Below are positions 11,448 to 22,621 of a DNA stretch of 64,000 nt, in pieces. The DNA comes from Candidatus Kerfeldbacteria bacterium (GTDB lineage Bacteria > Patescibacteriota > Patescibacteriia > SBBC01 > CAIJZX01): assembly GCA_016193315.1 (NCBI GenBank), contig JACPSJ010000001.1, positions 727,478 to 791,477 of the forward strand. The letters are read 5' to 3'. Made by a program: the position numbers and the translations under genes. Each line of letters opens with the position of its first letter. Within the stretch, counting starts at the first letter, position 1. The notes below the pieces were generated by a model. The model was not told the origin of the DNA. It made no database searches and was given only the letters and a program-made list of their open reading frames with translations.

Positions 11448-11625
11448 GCTCGGGTAGCTTAGCCCGGTAGAGCGTCTGATTCGTAATCAGATGGTCGCCG
11501 GGTCGCGGCGGGTTGAGGAACAAAGCAGATGAACTGCTTCATCTGCGTCCCGACGCGACGGGCGTCGCCATGTTTCGAAGGAACGGCGACGCCCAGGGCC
11601 ATGCCAAATCCGGCCCCGAGCTCCA
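11448..11625 (+). tRNA. tRNA-Thr(CGU) gene interrupted in the T-loop by a ~100-nt insertion
   Basis: Acceptor GCTCGGG (11448-54) pairs perfectly with CCCGAGC (11615-21), followed by discriminator T and encoded CCA. D-arm GCTT-AGCCCGGTA-GAGC. Anticodon arm TCTGA-TTCGTAA-TCAGA (anticodon CGT). Variable loop TGGTC. T-stem 5' strand GCCGG (11497-501). Then ~100 nt of hairpin-rich sequence. Then T-loop remainder CAAAT plus T-stem 3' strand CCGGC (11610-14) abutting the acceptor 3' strand. Confidence 0.5.
11524..11552 (+). repeat. 27-nt hairpin repeat, copy 1 (aagcagatgaactgcttcatctgcgtcc)
   Basis: 9-bp perfect hairpin gcagatgaa/ttcatctgc with loop ctg, inside the tRNA-Thr T-loop insert. Near-identical copy at 34841-34869. 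Both copies are followed by a second hairpin whose loop contains atgYttcgaagga. Confidence 0.5.
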
Positions 11626-11711
11626 AGTCTTACCCCCCATCACTCGATGTGGGATTTTTTTTATCGTCCGAAACTCGCAATCTTTTGGCAGCCGCGCTAC
11701 GCACCGAACCC

Positions 11712-12209
11712 CTATCGACAAATACCTTTAACCTCCATCACCTCAGCGATCAGCGTACGGCGCCGATATATGATTTCATGCTTTTGGATCGAACTGAATG
11801 CCCGCGCGAGGGCGATTTCTGAAACTTCATAGCGAAGCCCCGCGAAGCTTGCGTCACCTTCAATGAGGCTGGCTTTCTTTCGTTGCCACCGCTGTCGACG
11901 CGCCCACCGCAAGAATTTGTAAACCTGCTCGCTGTCTTCTGATTTCACGACATATCCCCAGTAGTGCGTCTGCCAACACGGTCGCGCCCGATACCAAACT
12001 GTCGTTACGCCGCTGAAAGGATTTGACCCAACCCACACATCCTCCCAAAACCACCGTCTGGTCCGTGGTCTGCCGCCGCGAGGATATTGCAAGATATCTA
12101 CACCCGGCCTGGTTTTCCTTTTCAGGCTTCGCGCCTCGGCATCATAACCATTGTGTTTTGCTTCCTCCATGAAACGTATGATTTGCCTGTAGGTCGGATA
12201 CTTGTTCAT
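11712..12209 (-). CDS. hypothetical protein
   Basis: 165-aa ORF (…WFWEDVWVGSNPFSGVTTVWYRARPCWQTHYWGYV…), moderately AT-richer than surroundings. Lies between the interrupted tRNA cluster and the helicase-nuclease. Confidence 0.4.
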   Translation of the reverse strand: MNKYPTYRQIIRFMEEAKHNGYDAEARSLKRKTRPGVDILQYPRGGRPRTRRWFWEDVWVGSNPFSGVTTVWYRARPCWQTHYWGYVVKSEDSEQVYKFLRWARRQRWQRKKASLIEGDASFAGLRYEVSEIALARAFSSIQKHEIIYRRRTLIAEVMEVKGICR

Positions 12210-12215
12210 AAACCC

Positions 12216-15206
12216 TTAGACGGCTCTAAATTCACAGATTTCTCTGTAATCACAAAACCTACAAACCATCGGACTCGGCGTGGCCCGAAAATCGCCAGAC
12301 TGGATTTTCTTGACCGTGCCCCGAATCCAGTCGAGCGTGGTGGCTGAATCCCTGGCTGACGGTTTCATGGTCTTGGCTTCGTTCGCATCGATGAAGTAGT
12401 ATGCCAGTTCTTTCACCTCAGCGTTGAGAATCGATGGGTCTTGCGCCGCTAAAGCGTAGATGAGCAGCTGGTACTTATCGTCTTTTTCAAATTTTTCTTT
12501 CATTTTTCCTGTTTTGTAGTCGACAATCCTTACTTCCCGTTTATGCGCAGATTCGTCTGCCACATTCGTAGATTCGTTATCTGAATTCGTGGTCTCGTAG
12601 TCATCAACCCGGTCAATCTTACCGCTAATCACAAACTGATCGACTTTGAGATTGAATGTTTGCTCCAGCCGAAGCACGTTCGGCATGGCCTTGGTCGTTT
12701 TCTCGTACCACATCGATAACGCATCCTTCCCTTGTTGATAGTACTTTTTGCGTTCCGCTTTCGTCGGATACCATTCGTCGATGAATGATCGATCGTAGAT
12801 TGTCCAAAGTTCCGGTAAGGTGACTAATTCTTTGCTGTCGCCTTTGTTCTTCTGCCGCTCCTTCCAGAGCATGAAGAAGTTGTAGAGCGTTTGATGGATC
12901 GAGGAGCCATACGATAAAACATGACTCCCCTTTTTCGGCACCTGGAGCACGAAGGCGTAGCGGTACTTCCAGGGGCATTCGTTGTAGGTTGCCAGCTTGG
13001 TGAAGCTGAAGCTTTTTTCTCGTTTGGCGTAGGCCGCAAGCTCTTTCTTCTCAGGTGGGGTGGGGCGGAATTGACGATCGGGCGGCGGTCGTTTCCTCGC
13101 GGCGCCGGGCCCAGTGCCGACTTCAGCCGGCGGAGTTAATAATCCCAATTCATACAGAAACGGTGACGGCTTTTTCCGCCGCTGCCCGCCATAGTCTTCG
13201 GCCAGGGTGAAGAACACGCCGTCCCGGGCGCGGGTAATCGCCACATACATCAACCGTCGTTCTTCCTGCACGTGGGCGTCGCCTTGGGGCAGGATTTCTC
13301 GGACCAGGGCATCAGGTACTGGGATCGGATCTTTGCGGTCCAGGCCGGGAAAACGCTGCTCCACGACGTTGCCGATGAACACATAAGGAAACTCCAGCCC
13401 TTTGGCCGAGTGGATGGTCATGATTTTGATGGTGTCCGGACTCGATGTTCCCAAATCATGCTCGAGACCGCCGCTATCGCCGGATTCCGTAACATGGTCG
13501 ATGTACCGCAAGAATGTTTTGACCGTCGCCGGACGCTCGCCGTGTTGGAAGATCTCAATGAGTTTGAACACTTGTCTCAGCAGCGCGACCTGCTGCTGAG
13601 ACTGAACCGATTCTTCTTTCGTGATCGACTGTAAATAGCCCGAGTCGTTGAGGAAATGGAGTAACACTTCGCCGACGGGCTTCGTGTTCGCCAGTTCGGT
13701 ATGCTTGGCCACTAGCTGCTTCAACCTGGCGATCCCGTGGCGACTTGCGTCGCTGCAGGCTACATCATCGTGCTGCAGCTGTTCGAACAACGACCGCGTT
13801 TTCTTCTTGGCTCGGTACGACAGTTCAACCACATCGCCGTGGTCAATACCCCAGATGGGCATGGCCAGGACCCGATAGAGTGCGGCGTTCTCGTGGTAGT
13901 TGTCGAGTAGTCGCAGATAGGCCAGCACGTCCAGCACCAGCGGCTTGGTAAACAACCCGCGGGCCGCCAGGAAGACGTAAGGCCAGCCGCGGCGTTCAAA
14001 CTCATTGACAAACATTTGGGCATGGTCATTCGCCCGCACGAGAACACAAAAAGAATCCCAGCCTAAACCCTTATTCCTTAACCGTAAACCCTCAATCTTC
14101 TCCGCTGCTCCACGCGCTTCAGCTTCTTGGGTATCAACACGAATGTCGCCAATCTCACCCTTTCCTTCACGCTGGGCTTTGAGTTTCTTCACCACCGCGG
14201 TGCCATCCACGAGTTGTTGTTTTGCCTCGAGCCGATCAGGATTGTTTTTTTGGATGAAGGCATGAGCTACATCGAGGATTGACTGTTTCGTCCGGTAGTT
14301 CTTGGTTAAGACAACCACCCTTGACTCCGGGAAATCTTTCTTGAACCCCAAGATGTTGGAGACTGACGCCCCGCGGAACTTATAAATCGACTGGTCATCG
14401 TCACCCACGACGGTCAAGTTATTCCTCGCTGCACCAATTAACTTAATCAACTCATACTGCGCCCAGTTCGTGTCCTGAAATTCGTCGACGAGAACATACT
14501 GAAATTGCTGCTGATATTTTTGGAGAATGGCCGGGCGCCCACGCAGCAACCGCAAGCAGTACAAGATCAAGTCGCCAAAATCGAGGGCGTTGCTGTCCAG
14601 CAGCAGTTGGTTGTACCGTTCGTAGGCCTTAGCTAGTTCCAAAACTCGATCCGCCTCGGCCCGGTCAGCCGTCAATCCCTTTTTGCCCTTGGCCGCTGAT
14701 TTAGCGTACTTCAAGTATTCGGACGGCGAAATATCTTCGTCTTTGAGGCGCGAGAAGTGTTTCACAAGCGCGGAAATAAACTTTGTCGGGTTGCCAAGTG
14801 GTCGGTAATAATCCAGGGCGAATGCATCAAGATGTTCACGGATCAACAGCCACTGGTCGGTTTGCGACAATAGCTTAAAATCGTTTGATAAACCGATATC
14901 GAGCGCGTGCGCCTGCAGCAGTCGCTGCCCGAAACTGTGAAACGTCATGACCCACAAGTCGAGGTAACCGAACGGCAAAATCCGTTCCACCCGATCTTGC
15001 ATTTCGCCGGCAGCTTTGTCAGTAAAGGTCAGGGCTAAGATGCTATCCGACGGCACATGTTCATTCATAATCAAATGCGCCAGCCGTTCGGTAATAACGG
15101 TGGTTTTCCCAGTTCCAGCCCCGGCGACGATCAATAAGGGCCCGCGGCCGTGCGTGATGGCGGCTTGTTGTTCTTTATTTACTTTTTCAGGAATGACGCC
15201 GGGCAT
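12216..15206 (-). CDS. UvrD/PcrA-family SF1 helicase fused to C-terminal PD-(D/E)XK RecB/Cas4-type nuclease domain (AddA/RecB-like single-chain helicase-nuclease)
   Basis: Walker A AGAGTGKTT and UvrD motifs (TFTDKAAGEM, VLVDEFQDTN, VGDDDQSIYKFRGA, TIHSAKGLEF). C-terminal nuclease core with a Cys cluster (CPWKYRYAFV… and CRFCDYREICEFRAV at the extreme C-terminus) typical of RecB-family/Cas4 Fe-S nucleases. Contains the ETTNSDNESTN repeat insert. Confidence 0.85.
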   Translation of the reverse strand: MPGVIPEKVNKEQQAAITHGRGPLLIVAGAGTGKTTVITERLAHLIMNEHVPSDSILALTFTDKAAGEMQDRVERILPFGYLDLWVMTFHSFGQRLLQAHALDIGLSNDFKLLSQTDQWLLIREHLDAFALDYYRPLGNPTKFISALVKHFSRLKDEDISPSEYLKYAKSAAKGKKGLTADRAEADRVLELAKAYERYNQLLLDSNALDFGDLILYCLRLLRGRPAILQKYQQQFQYVLVDEFQDTNWAQYELIKLIGAARNNLTVVGDDDQSIYKFRGASVSNILGFKKDFPESRVVVLTKNYRTKQSILDVAHAFIQKNNPDRLEAKQQLVDGTAVVKKLKAQREGKGEIGDIRVDTQEAEARGAAEKIEGLRLRNKGLGWDSFCVLVRANDHAQMFVNEFERRGWPYVFLAARGLFTKPLVLDVLAYLRLLDNYHENAALYRVLAMPIWGIDHGDVVELSYRAKKKTRSLFEQLQHDDVACSDASRHGIARLKQLVAKHTELANTKPVGEVLLHFLNDSGYLQSITKEESVQSQQQVALLRQVFKLIEIFQHGERPATVKTFLRYIDHVTESGDSGGLEHDLGTSSPDTIKIMTIHSAKGLEFPYVFIGNVVEQRFPGLDRKDPIPVPDALVREILPQGDAHVQEERRLMYVAITRARDGVFFTLAEDYGGQRRKKPSPFLYELGLLTPPAEVGTGPGAARKRPPPDRQFRPTPPEKKELAAYAKREKSFSFTKLATYNECPWKYRYAFVLQVPKKGSHVLSYGSSIHQTLYNFFMLWKERQKNKGDSKELVTLPELWTIYDRSFIDEWYPTKAERKKYYQQGKDALSMWYEKTTKAMPNVLRLEQTFNLKVDQFVISGKIDRVDDYETTNSDNESTNVADESAHKREVRIVDYKTGKMKEKFEKDDKYQLLIYALAAQDPSILNAEVKELAYYFIDANEAKTMKPSARDSATTLDWIRGTVKKIQSGDFRATPSPMVCRFCDYREICEFRAV

Positions 15207-15274
15207 GGCGTTATTCTACCACGAACAGAAAAAGCCCCACGAGGTCATAGCCCGTGGGAGCAGAGAAAGAGTCG

Positions 15275-16036
15275 TCATCGAGGTCGACCAGAAGCCAACC
15301 CTGGTGGCGGAACGTAGAAGGCGACGATTTCGGCGTCGGTCAGTCCGGCCAGGTAGCTACCAGCGAAGCCGCGATCCAGCTCCCGCAAACGCCCGAAGAC
15401 CCGCTCCGGAAAGTCTGCTTGGCCGCTGTGCGCGTAGAGCGTTAGCCAGAGCAGGCCGTGGACGTTCCGCTGGTAATCAGGATCGGACGAGTCGAGCTTG
15501 AGGATTCTGCCCCGACCGAGGTTCTGACCGTTGACAACCAGTACGTTCTCGAACAGAACGCGCATCAGGCCTCCATACCACTCCAGAATCCGCTGGCACC
15601 CTGGGTTGTCCGGAAACTGGTGCTCGTCGAACAGCCCGATCTTGTCATCGAAGTTACGGAGTTCGATCGGTTCGTCGTCCAGTAAGCCTTCGACACCGCC
15701 TTCGGTCGCATACGTGACACTGAAACCGAAGTGTTCGATGACGGCCGCGTTGGCGACCCGAATGACGGTACGTCTGGCTGGCCAGTCGAGGATACCGATG
15801 GCAACCCTGACGCCAACTTTGTTTCGGTCAACATCAACCCAAATGGGCTGGCGCCCGCGTTGCCGCTCCTCATCGAGTAGCCGCATCCACTCCGGCCATT
15901 GCTCTTGACATGATTGGCAGGTAATCCGGCCAGCATCATCGGTGTATCGTTCTCCACTGGCCATCGTGTCTTCGGCCCCACATGCTGGACAAGCACCAAG
16001 TAATCGCATCATCCCCCCTTGGAAAGATCGACTCAC
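15275..16036 (-). CDS. hypothetical protein with N-terminal CxxC…CxxC zinc ribbon
   Basis: 253 aa with N-terminal zinc-ribbon motifs: GACPACG…ITCQSCQ. Confidence 0.45.
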   Translation of the reverse strand: MSRSFQGGMMRLLGACPACGAEDTMASGERYTDDAGRITCQSCQEQWPEWMRLLDEERQRGRQPIWVDVDRNKVGVRVAIGILDWPARRTVIRVANAAVIEHFGFSVTYATEGGVEGLLDDEPIELRNFDDKIGLFDEHQFPDNPGCQRILEWYGGLMRVLFENVLVVNGQNLGRGRILKLDSSDPDYQRNVHGLLWLTLYAHSGQADFPERVFGRLRELDRGFAGSYLAGLTDAEIVAFYVPPPGLASGRPR

Positions 16037-16246
16037 CCTTCTTACGCTTCGATGACAAGAAAGTCAAATCCGTTAGAATTTGAGCGACAGTGGTTTTCCC
16101 GAAAGAGTTAGAGGAAGCTTAAATTCTTAGTTTTTTCGCACCGCCATCTCGGCCACTTCTAGCGTGGTTAAGCCCGAATAACGCTATGTCAACTTCGCGG
16201 TTACAAAAATCACCTGTTCGGCAGGAGCAGAACGGCATCCTTAGAC

Positions 16247-16495
16247 TTACGCAATCGCCAACTCGTCTTCGGTGGCGATCCCCTTCTTGACCAGGATGTC
16301 GCGGATTTTTTCGTGTTGGGCCCGAAGCACCAGCCATTCTTCGTCATGCCGGCGGACAATTTTCACGACGCCATCGACAGTCGTCGTCAGGAGACGAAGA
16401 TCGTGCTTGATGTCTCTGGTATCTCGCTTAATCGGCTCGACTTCTTTAACGACTATCTCCCGAATGCCTTTGAGGTCTTGATTCGTGAGCGGCAT
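16247..16495 (-). CDS. small hypothetical protein
   Basis: 82-aa charged, alpha-helical-looking ORF. Confidence 0.35.
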   Translation of the reverse strand: MPLTNQDLKGIREIVVKEVEPIKRDTRDIKHDLRLLTTTVDGVVKIVRRHDEEWLVLRAQHEKIRDILVKKGIATEDELAIA

Positions 16496-16571
16496 GGTGG
16501 GGCAAGGATAACGCTAGCTCCCAGCGATGTCAAGCGGTGACTAACATGAAGTTACAGGTCGCTCCCTCAGT

Positions 16572-16988
16572 CTAATGAATTTCCTTAAACGCCACCCCCC
16601 CTTTCCTTTCCAAGGTCGCCAGAAAGGTGCCGACTCTAACATCCGGTGCGGTTTGTTGAACCAGCTTCTTGGCTTCTATCAAATCTGCGCGGTGTCGTTC
16701 GATCTCGGCTGATTCATCGGGAAAAATCTTCCCATATGCCCCGCAATCGCGGTGGTTGATGATGATCACTTCCTCAATCTGATGGAGGTGTTTGGCGATC
16801 TTGATTTGCCGCAGGATAAACTCTCGGTCGGTCGGATGATTGGGGTCAACCAGGTTTTTGGCAGCTCCAGCCACAGACACATCGTCGTACTGATCAAGTA
16901 ATCCCCGTTGCTTCATGAAATGCACGATTTCGTGAATGAATCGGAAATCGAGGCAGTGGAGAACGAGGGCTTTCGCTTGGTGTGGCAT
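16572..16988 (-). CDS. beta-carbonic-anhydrase-like small protein (CxDxR … HxxC motifs)
   Basis: Start at the internal Met (MPHQAKALVLHCLDFRF…EVIIINHRDCGAYG). The long N-terminal extension in the ORF track is probably not coding, because an intrinsic terminator sits inside it. Confidence 0.35.
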   Translation of the reverse strand: MPHQAKALVLHCLDFRFIHEIVHFMKQRGLLDQYDDVSVAGAAKNLVDPNHPTDREFILRQIKIAKHLHQIEEVIIINHRDCGAYGKIFPDESAEIERHRADLIEAKKLVQQTAPDVRVGTFLATLERKGGVAFKEIH

Positions 16989-16995
16989 CGTTTGG

Positions 16996-17026
16996 AATAA
17001 AAAACGGACTGGTAGTCTACCAGTCC
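16996..17026 (-). terminator. rho-independent terminator (minus strand) after hypothetical gene 17051..17695
   Basis: Minus strand reads ggactggtagactaccagtcc (7-bp stem) followed by gttttttatt. It lies ~25 nt after the stop and ends 8 nt before the next start codon. Confidence 0.55.
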
Positions 17027-17050
17027 AAAAGGGCGGGAGCAAGTGAGCCG

Positions 17051-17695
17051 TTAGGCGGCCACCAGATCGAGTAGCCCCGGCGCCACGCGCTCCAGAAACT
17101 GCCGATCGCTGGAGCGCATGACCGTTGTGATCGGCAACTCGTCGAAGAGTGAATGTCGGCAGGCGATGACGCGCGTTTTCTGATGTTCGCGGCCAAGCTT
17201 GTCGTAACGACGGTGCCAGGTGATGCAAACTCTGATCGGTTCCGGGGTCCACTGTTCCTCCTCGGCCGCCCGGAGAATGACTCGTTGACCATCGCGAGAC
17301 AGCCACTGCCGCTGGGCGACAGTCACGCCCTCCTCGGCACACCAACCGCATTCTTCACCGTGGGCCCCGGCGAAAAAAATCCTGATTCCGCGTTTCTCAA
17401 CGGCGGTCCGGAACTCCCCGAGCATGAAGCGGGCATCACTGAGACGGTAGTCAGGACAGCGAGGAGACAGGCGGGTGATGCCGCCGAAGAACGGAACCGG
17501 CAGGGTCAGACAACGAACGACGCGTTCAATCTCCTCCTTCTTGTTCCAGTACGTCCGGTCGTCATTGCAGTCGTTGACGCCGACCAGCGTGTACGTTCCG
17601 GAAGGCCGACGGAGCTTAGTGTAGACGCCTCGGTCGGCTAGGGCCACACTAACTAACGCCCCGGCCGGCTGCGGTTCTGACGGATGGAACATCAA
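17051..17695 (-). CDS. hypothetical protein
   Basis: 214-aa ORF followed by an intrinsic terminator. Confidence 0.45.
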   Translation of the reverse strand: MMFHPSEPQPAGALVSVALADRGVYTKLRRPSGTYTLVGVNDCNDDRTYWNKKEEIERVVRCLTLPVPFFGGITRLSPRCPDYRLSDARFMLGEFRTAVEKRGIRIFFAGAHGEECGWCAEEGVTVAQRQWLSRDGQRVILRAAEEEQWTPEPIRVCITWHRRYDKLGREHQKTRVIACRHSLFDELPITTVMRSSDRQFLERVAPGLLDLVAA

Positions 17696-17892
17696 CCCTC
17701 CTTGATGACCGGGTAAACTCGGTGGTCATAACGTGCCAGGCCGCCCTCTTCATGCCGGTACTGCGGGTGGCGGTCAGTGACCTCGTCCACGGAACCGTGC
17801 GCTCTGACAAGCCTACGGTAAAGTTGCAGTAGGCTGACAACTTTGGAATCTGTCAGGGTACCCTCCTTGTGCGGGTGCGATCGGGCAACAAA

Positions 17893-17933
17893 AGAACCAA
17901 CAAAAAGCCGGGACCACCGATACTACCTGGTCC
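17893..17933 (-). terminator. possible terminator of atp operon (minus strand)
   Basis: Minus strand has ggaccaggtagtatcggtggtcc (6-bp stem ggacca/tggtcc), then cggcttttt gttggttctttt. About 40 nt after the atpC stop. Confidence 0.3.
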
Positions 17934-17970
17934 AAAGAGGTTTGTCAATCCCGTCAGAATTGGATCAGCT

Positions 17971-18426
17971 CTATTCCGGCCGAACCCCCTCGTGCGTGAT
18001 TCCGTGGTGTCCGCGATGGCGGAAACGCCGGATCACATGCAGCCGGGCCAAGTCGCGTTCGAGCTTGGCCAGCATCCCGGCGTACTCCTCAACATCGACA
18101 TGCTTCGCCTGCTTCAACTGCTCGGCCCGCTGTCGTGCCTCTTCAGCCCGTTGTTCATCAATCTCTTCCACGTGCTCGGCCGTGTCCGCCAAAACTGTAA
18201 GTTTCTGGCCATCGACCTCCACAAAACCGCCGCCGATGGCATATGGGTGTTCTTGACTGTCCTGGCGGATGATCATGGCCCCCGGCTTGAGGACCGCCAC
18301 CAAAGGCATGTGCTGAGCTAAGACCGTGATTTCACCTTCTGTGGTTGGTAAGGTAACACTTTCAACGACGTTTTCGTAGACGACACGTTCGGGAGTGGTG
18401 ATGACGAGGCGAAAAGAGGTAGCCAA
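17971..18426 (-). CDS. atpC: F0F1 ATP synthase subunit epsilon
   Basis: FRLVITTPERVVYENVVESVTLPTTEGEITVLAQHMPLVAVLKPG. Last gene of the atp operon. Confidence 0.9.
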   Translation of the reverse strand: MATSFRLVITTPERVVYENVVESVTLPTTEGEITVLAQHMPLVAVLKPGAMIIRQDSQEHPYAIGGGFVEVDGQKLTVLADTAEHVEEIDEQRAEEARQRAEQLKQAKHVDVEEYAGMLAKLERDLARLHVIRRFRHRGHHGITHEGVRPE

Positions 18427-18440
18427 TCGACAGGTAATAA

Positions 18441-20726
<2,286 letters not shown>

Positions 20727-20734
<8 letters not shown>

Positions 20735-22223
20735 GGGGACTGGAAAAATCCTTGATCAGTTTGTTCAGTTGCTGCTCCAAGTCCTCAGACAAATTTCCAG
20801 ATTTCATCAAAGATTGCTGCCACTGTTGTCCACTCGTGTCGAGCCAGCGATGGAAATCATGTTCCCATTGCGACAGCGATTCGACAGCTACCCGGTCTAG
20901 GTGCCCCTGATTGGCAGCATAGAGAATCGCCACCTGATGTGGCGCAGACATTGGCTGGTATTGTCCCTGCTTCAGGATTTCCGTGATTCGTTTTCCGCGA
21001 TCAAGCTGCTGACGGGTCGATTCATCGAGTTCCGAACCAAACTGGGCAAAGGCGGCCAATTCGCGATACTGGGCTAAGGCTAAACGAATCTGGCCGGCCA
21101 CCTTTTTCATGGCTGGCGTCTGGGCGGCCGAACCGACCCGCGACACGGACAACCCAACATTGAGTGCTGGCCGGATGCCTTGATAGAAAAGATCTGATTC
21201 CAGGTAAATCTGACCGTCGGTGATGGAAATGACGTTGGTCGGAATGTAGGCGGAAACGTCACCGGCCTGGGTTTCAATGATCGGCAACGCGGTCAACGAG
21301 CCGCCGCCGTGTTCTGGACTGAGCTTGGCCGCCCGCTCCAACAGCCGGGAGTGAACGTAGAAAATATCACCGGGATACGCTTCCCGACCAGGTGGCCGGC
21401 GGAGGAGGAGCGACACCTGACGATAGGCCCAGGCGTGTTTCGACAAATCGTCATAGACCACCAGGACGTCCTGGCCCTGGTCCATGAAATACTCACCCAT
21501 GGCGCAGCCAGCGTAGGGCGCCAAGTACGATAGGGCCGCCGGATCTGAGGCGCCAGCCACGACCACCGTCGTGTATTCCATCGCTCCCGTCGCTTGCAAC
21601 TTGGCGACAATCCGGGCCACTTTCGATTCCTTCTGCCCAATAGCGACGTAGAAACAAACGACTTGTTGCCCGGCCTGGTTGATGATGGTATCGATGGCAA
21701 TCGCGGTTTTGCCGGTTTGACGATCGCCAATGATGAGTTCGCGCTGGCCGCGGCCGATCGGGATCATCGCGTCAATCGCCTTGAGGCCAGTTTGCAGCGG
21801 CGTATTGACTGATTGACGGCTCATCACTCCCGGCGCGATTTTCTCCACCGGATACGTTTGGTTGGCTGCTATCCGACCTTGACCGTCAAGCGGCTGCCCG
21901 AGCGGGTTGACGACCCGACCAGTGACGGCCGGACCGACTGGCACTTCGAGTAGTTGACCGGTGGCTTTGACCATCTGGCCTTCGGCAATACCGACATCAG
22001 AGCCGAGGAGAATAACGCCGACGGTGTCCTCCTCAAGGTTGAGTACGACTCCCGGCACACCGTTGACAAACTCGACCATCTCCGATGAACGCACCTGGCC
22101 CAAACCAGCCACCCGGGCAATTCCATCACCAACTTCAAGCACCGTCCCCACGTGTTCGCGTTTGGCGGTAGTTTGGAAACTCTGAAGTCCCGCCGTCAGT
22201 TGGTCAATCAGCGATTCAGACAT
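20727..22223 (-). CDS. atpA: F0F1 ATP synthase subunit alpha
   Basis: [19 protein letters not shown]-loop, 498 aa. 8-nt overlap with atpG. Confidence 0.95.
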
Positions 22224-22228
22224 GGCGG

Positions 22229-22621
22229 TCAGGTCTGAGACCAGTGGGTCTGTAACCTTTTGAGACGGGTGGCGATGGAACTATCGATGAAGGTGTCGCC
22301 GTGGCGTAGCTGCCAGCCGCCGCGGAGCGGCGGATCAAGAATTGCATCAACGGTCACTTGGCCAAGGTACTTTTGCAGCCGCGCCGCCCATTCGGCTTGA
22401 TTGATCGATCGGGCAGTGGTCAGGGTCACTCGAGTGAGGCCGGCGGCTTGATCCTCCAGTCGGCGAAGGTGGGCGAAGATGCGTGGCCATAACTTGCCGG
22501 CGCGATGACGCGAGACCAGAAGGATTCCATTCCGCACCACCTGCCAACGTTGGTTCGGTTTGGCCCGCTTCCAGGACTGGGAGAGAACCTCTGCGTATTG
22601 ACTGGCCGACAGGCGCTTCAT
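22229..22621 (-). CDS. atpH: F0F1 ATP synthase subunit delta
   Basis: C-terminal …[16 protein letters not shown] typical of OSCP/delta. Start placed at the internal [13 protein letters not shown], abutting the upstream HD gene. Confidence 0.7.
   Translation of the reverse strand: MKRLSASQYAEVLSQSWKRAKPNQRWQVVRNGILLVSRHRAGKLWPRIFAHLRRLEDQAAGLTRVTLTTARSINQAEWAARLQKYLGQVTVDAILDPPLRGGWQLRHGDTFIDSSIATRLKRLQTHWSQT

Noticed and set aside
11130-11640. Interpretation of the tRNA-like region as a (two-piece) tmRNA
   Set aside because: A bona fide tmRNA with T-arm, G:U acceptor, helix 2 and tag ORF is present at 60057-60460 next to smpB. The 11.1-11.6 kb elements have D- and anticodon arms, which tmRNA lacks.
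17649-17840. 63-aa minus ORF in the atp-downstream spacer
   Set aside because: Short, with no RBS, inside a region better explained as terminator/spacer.
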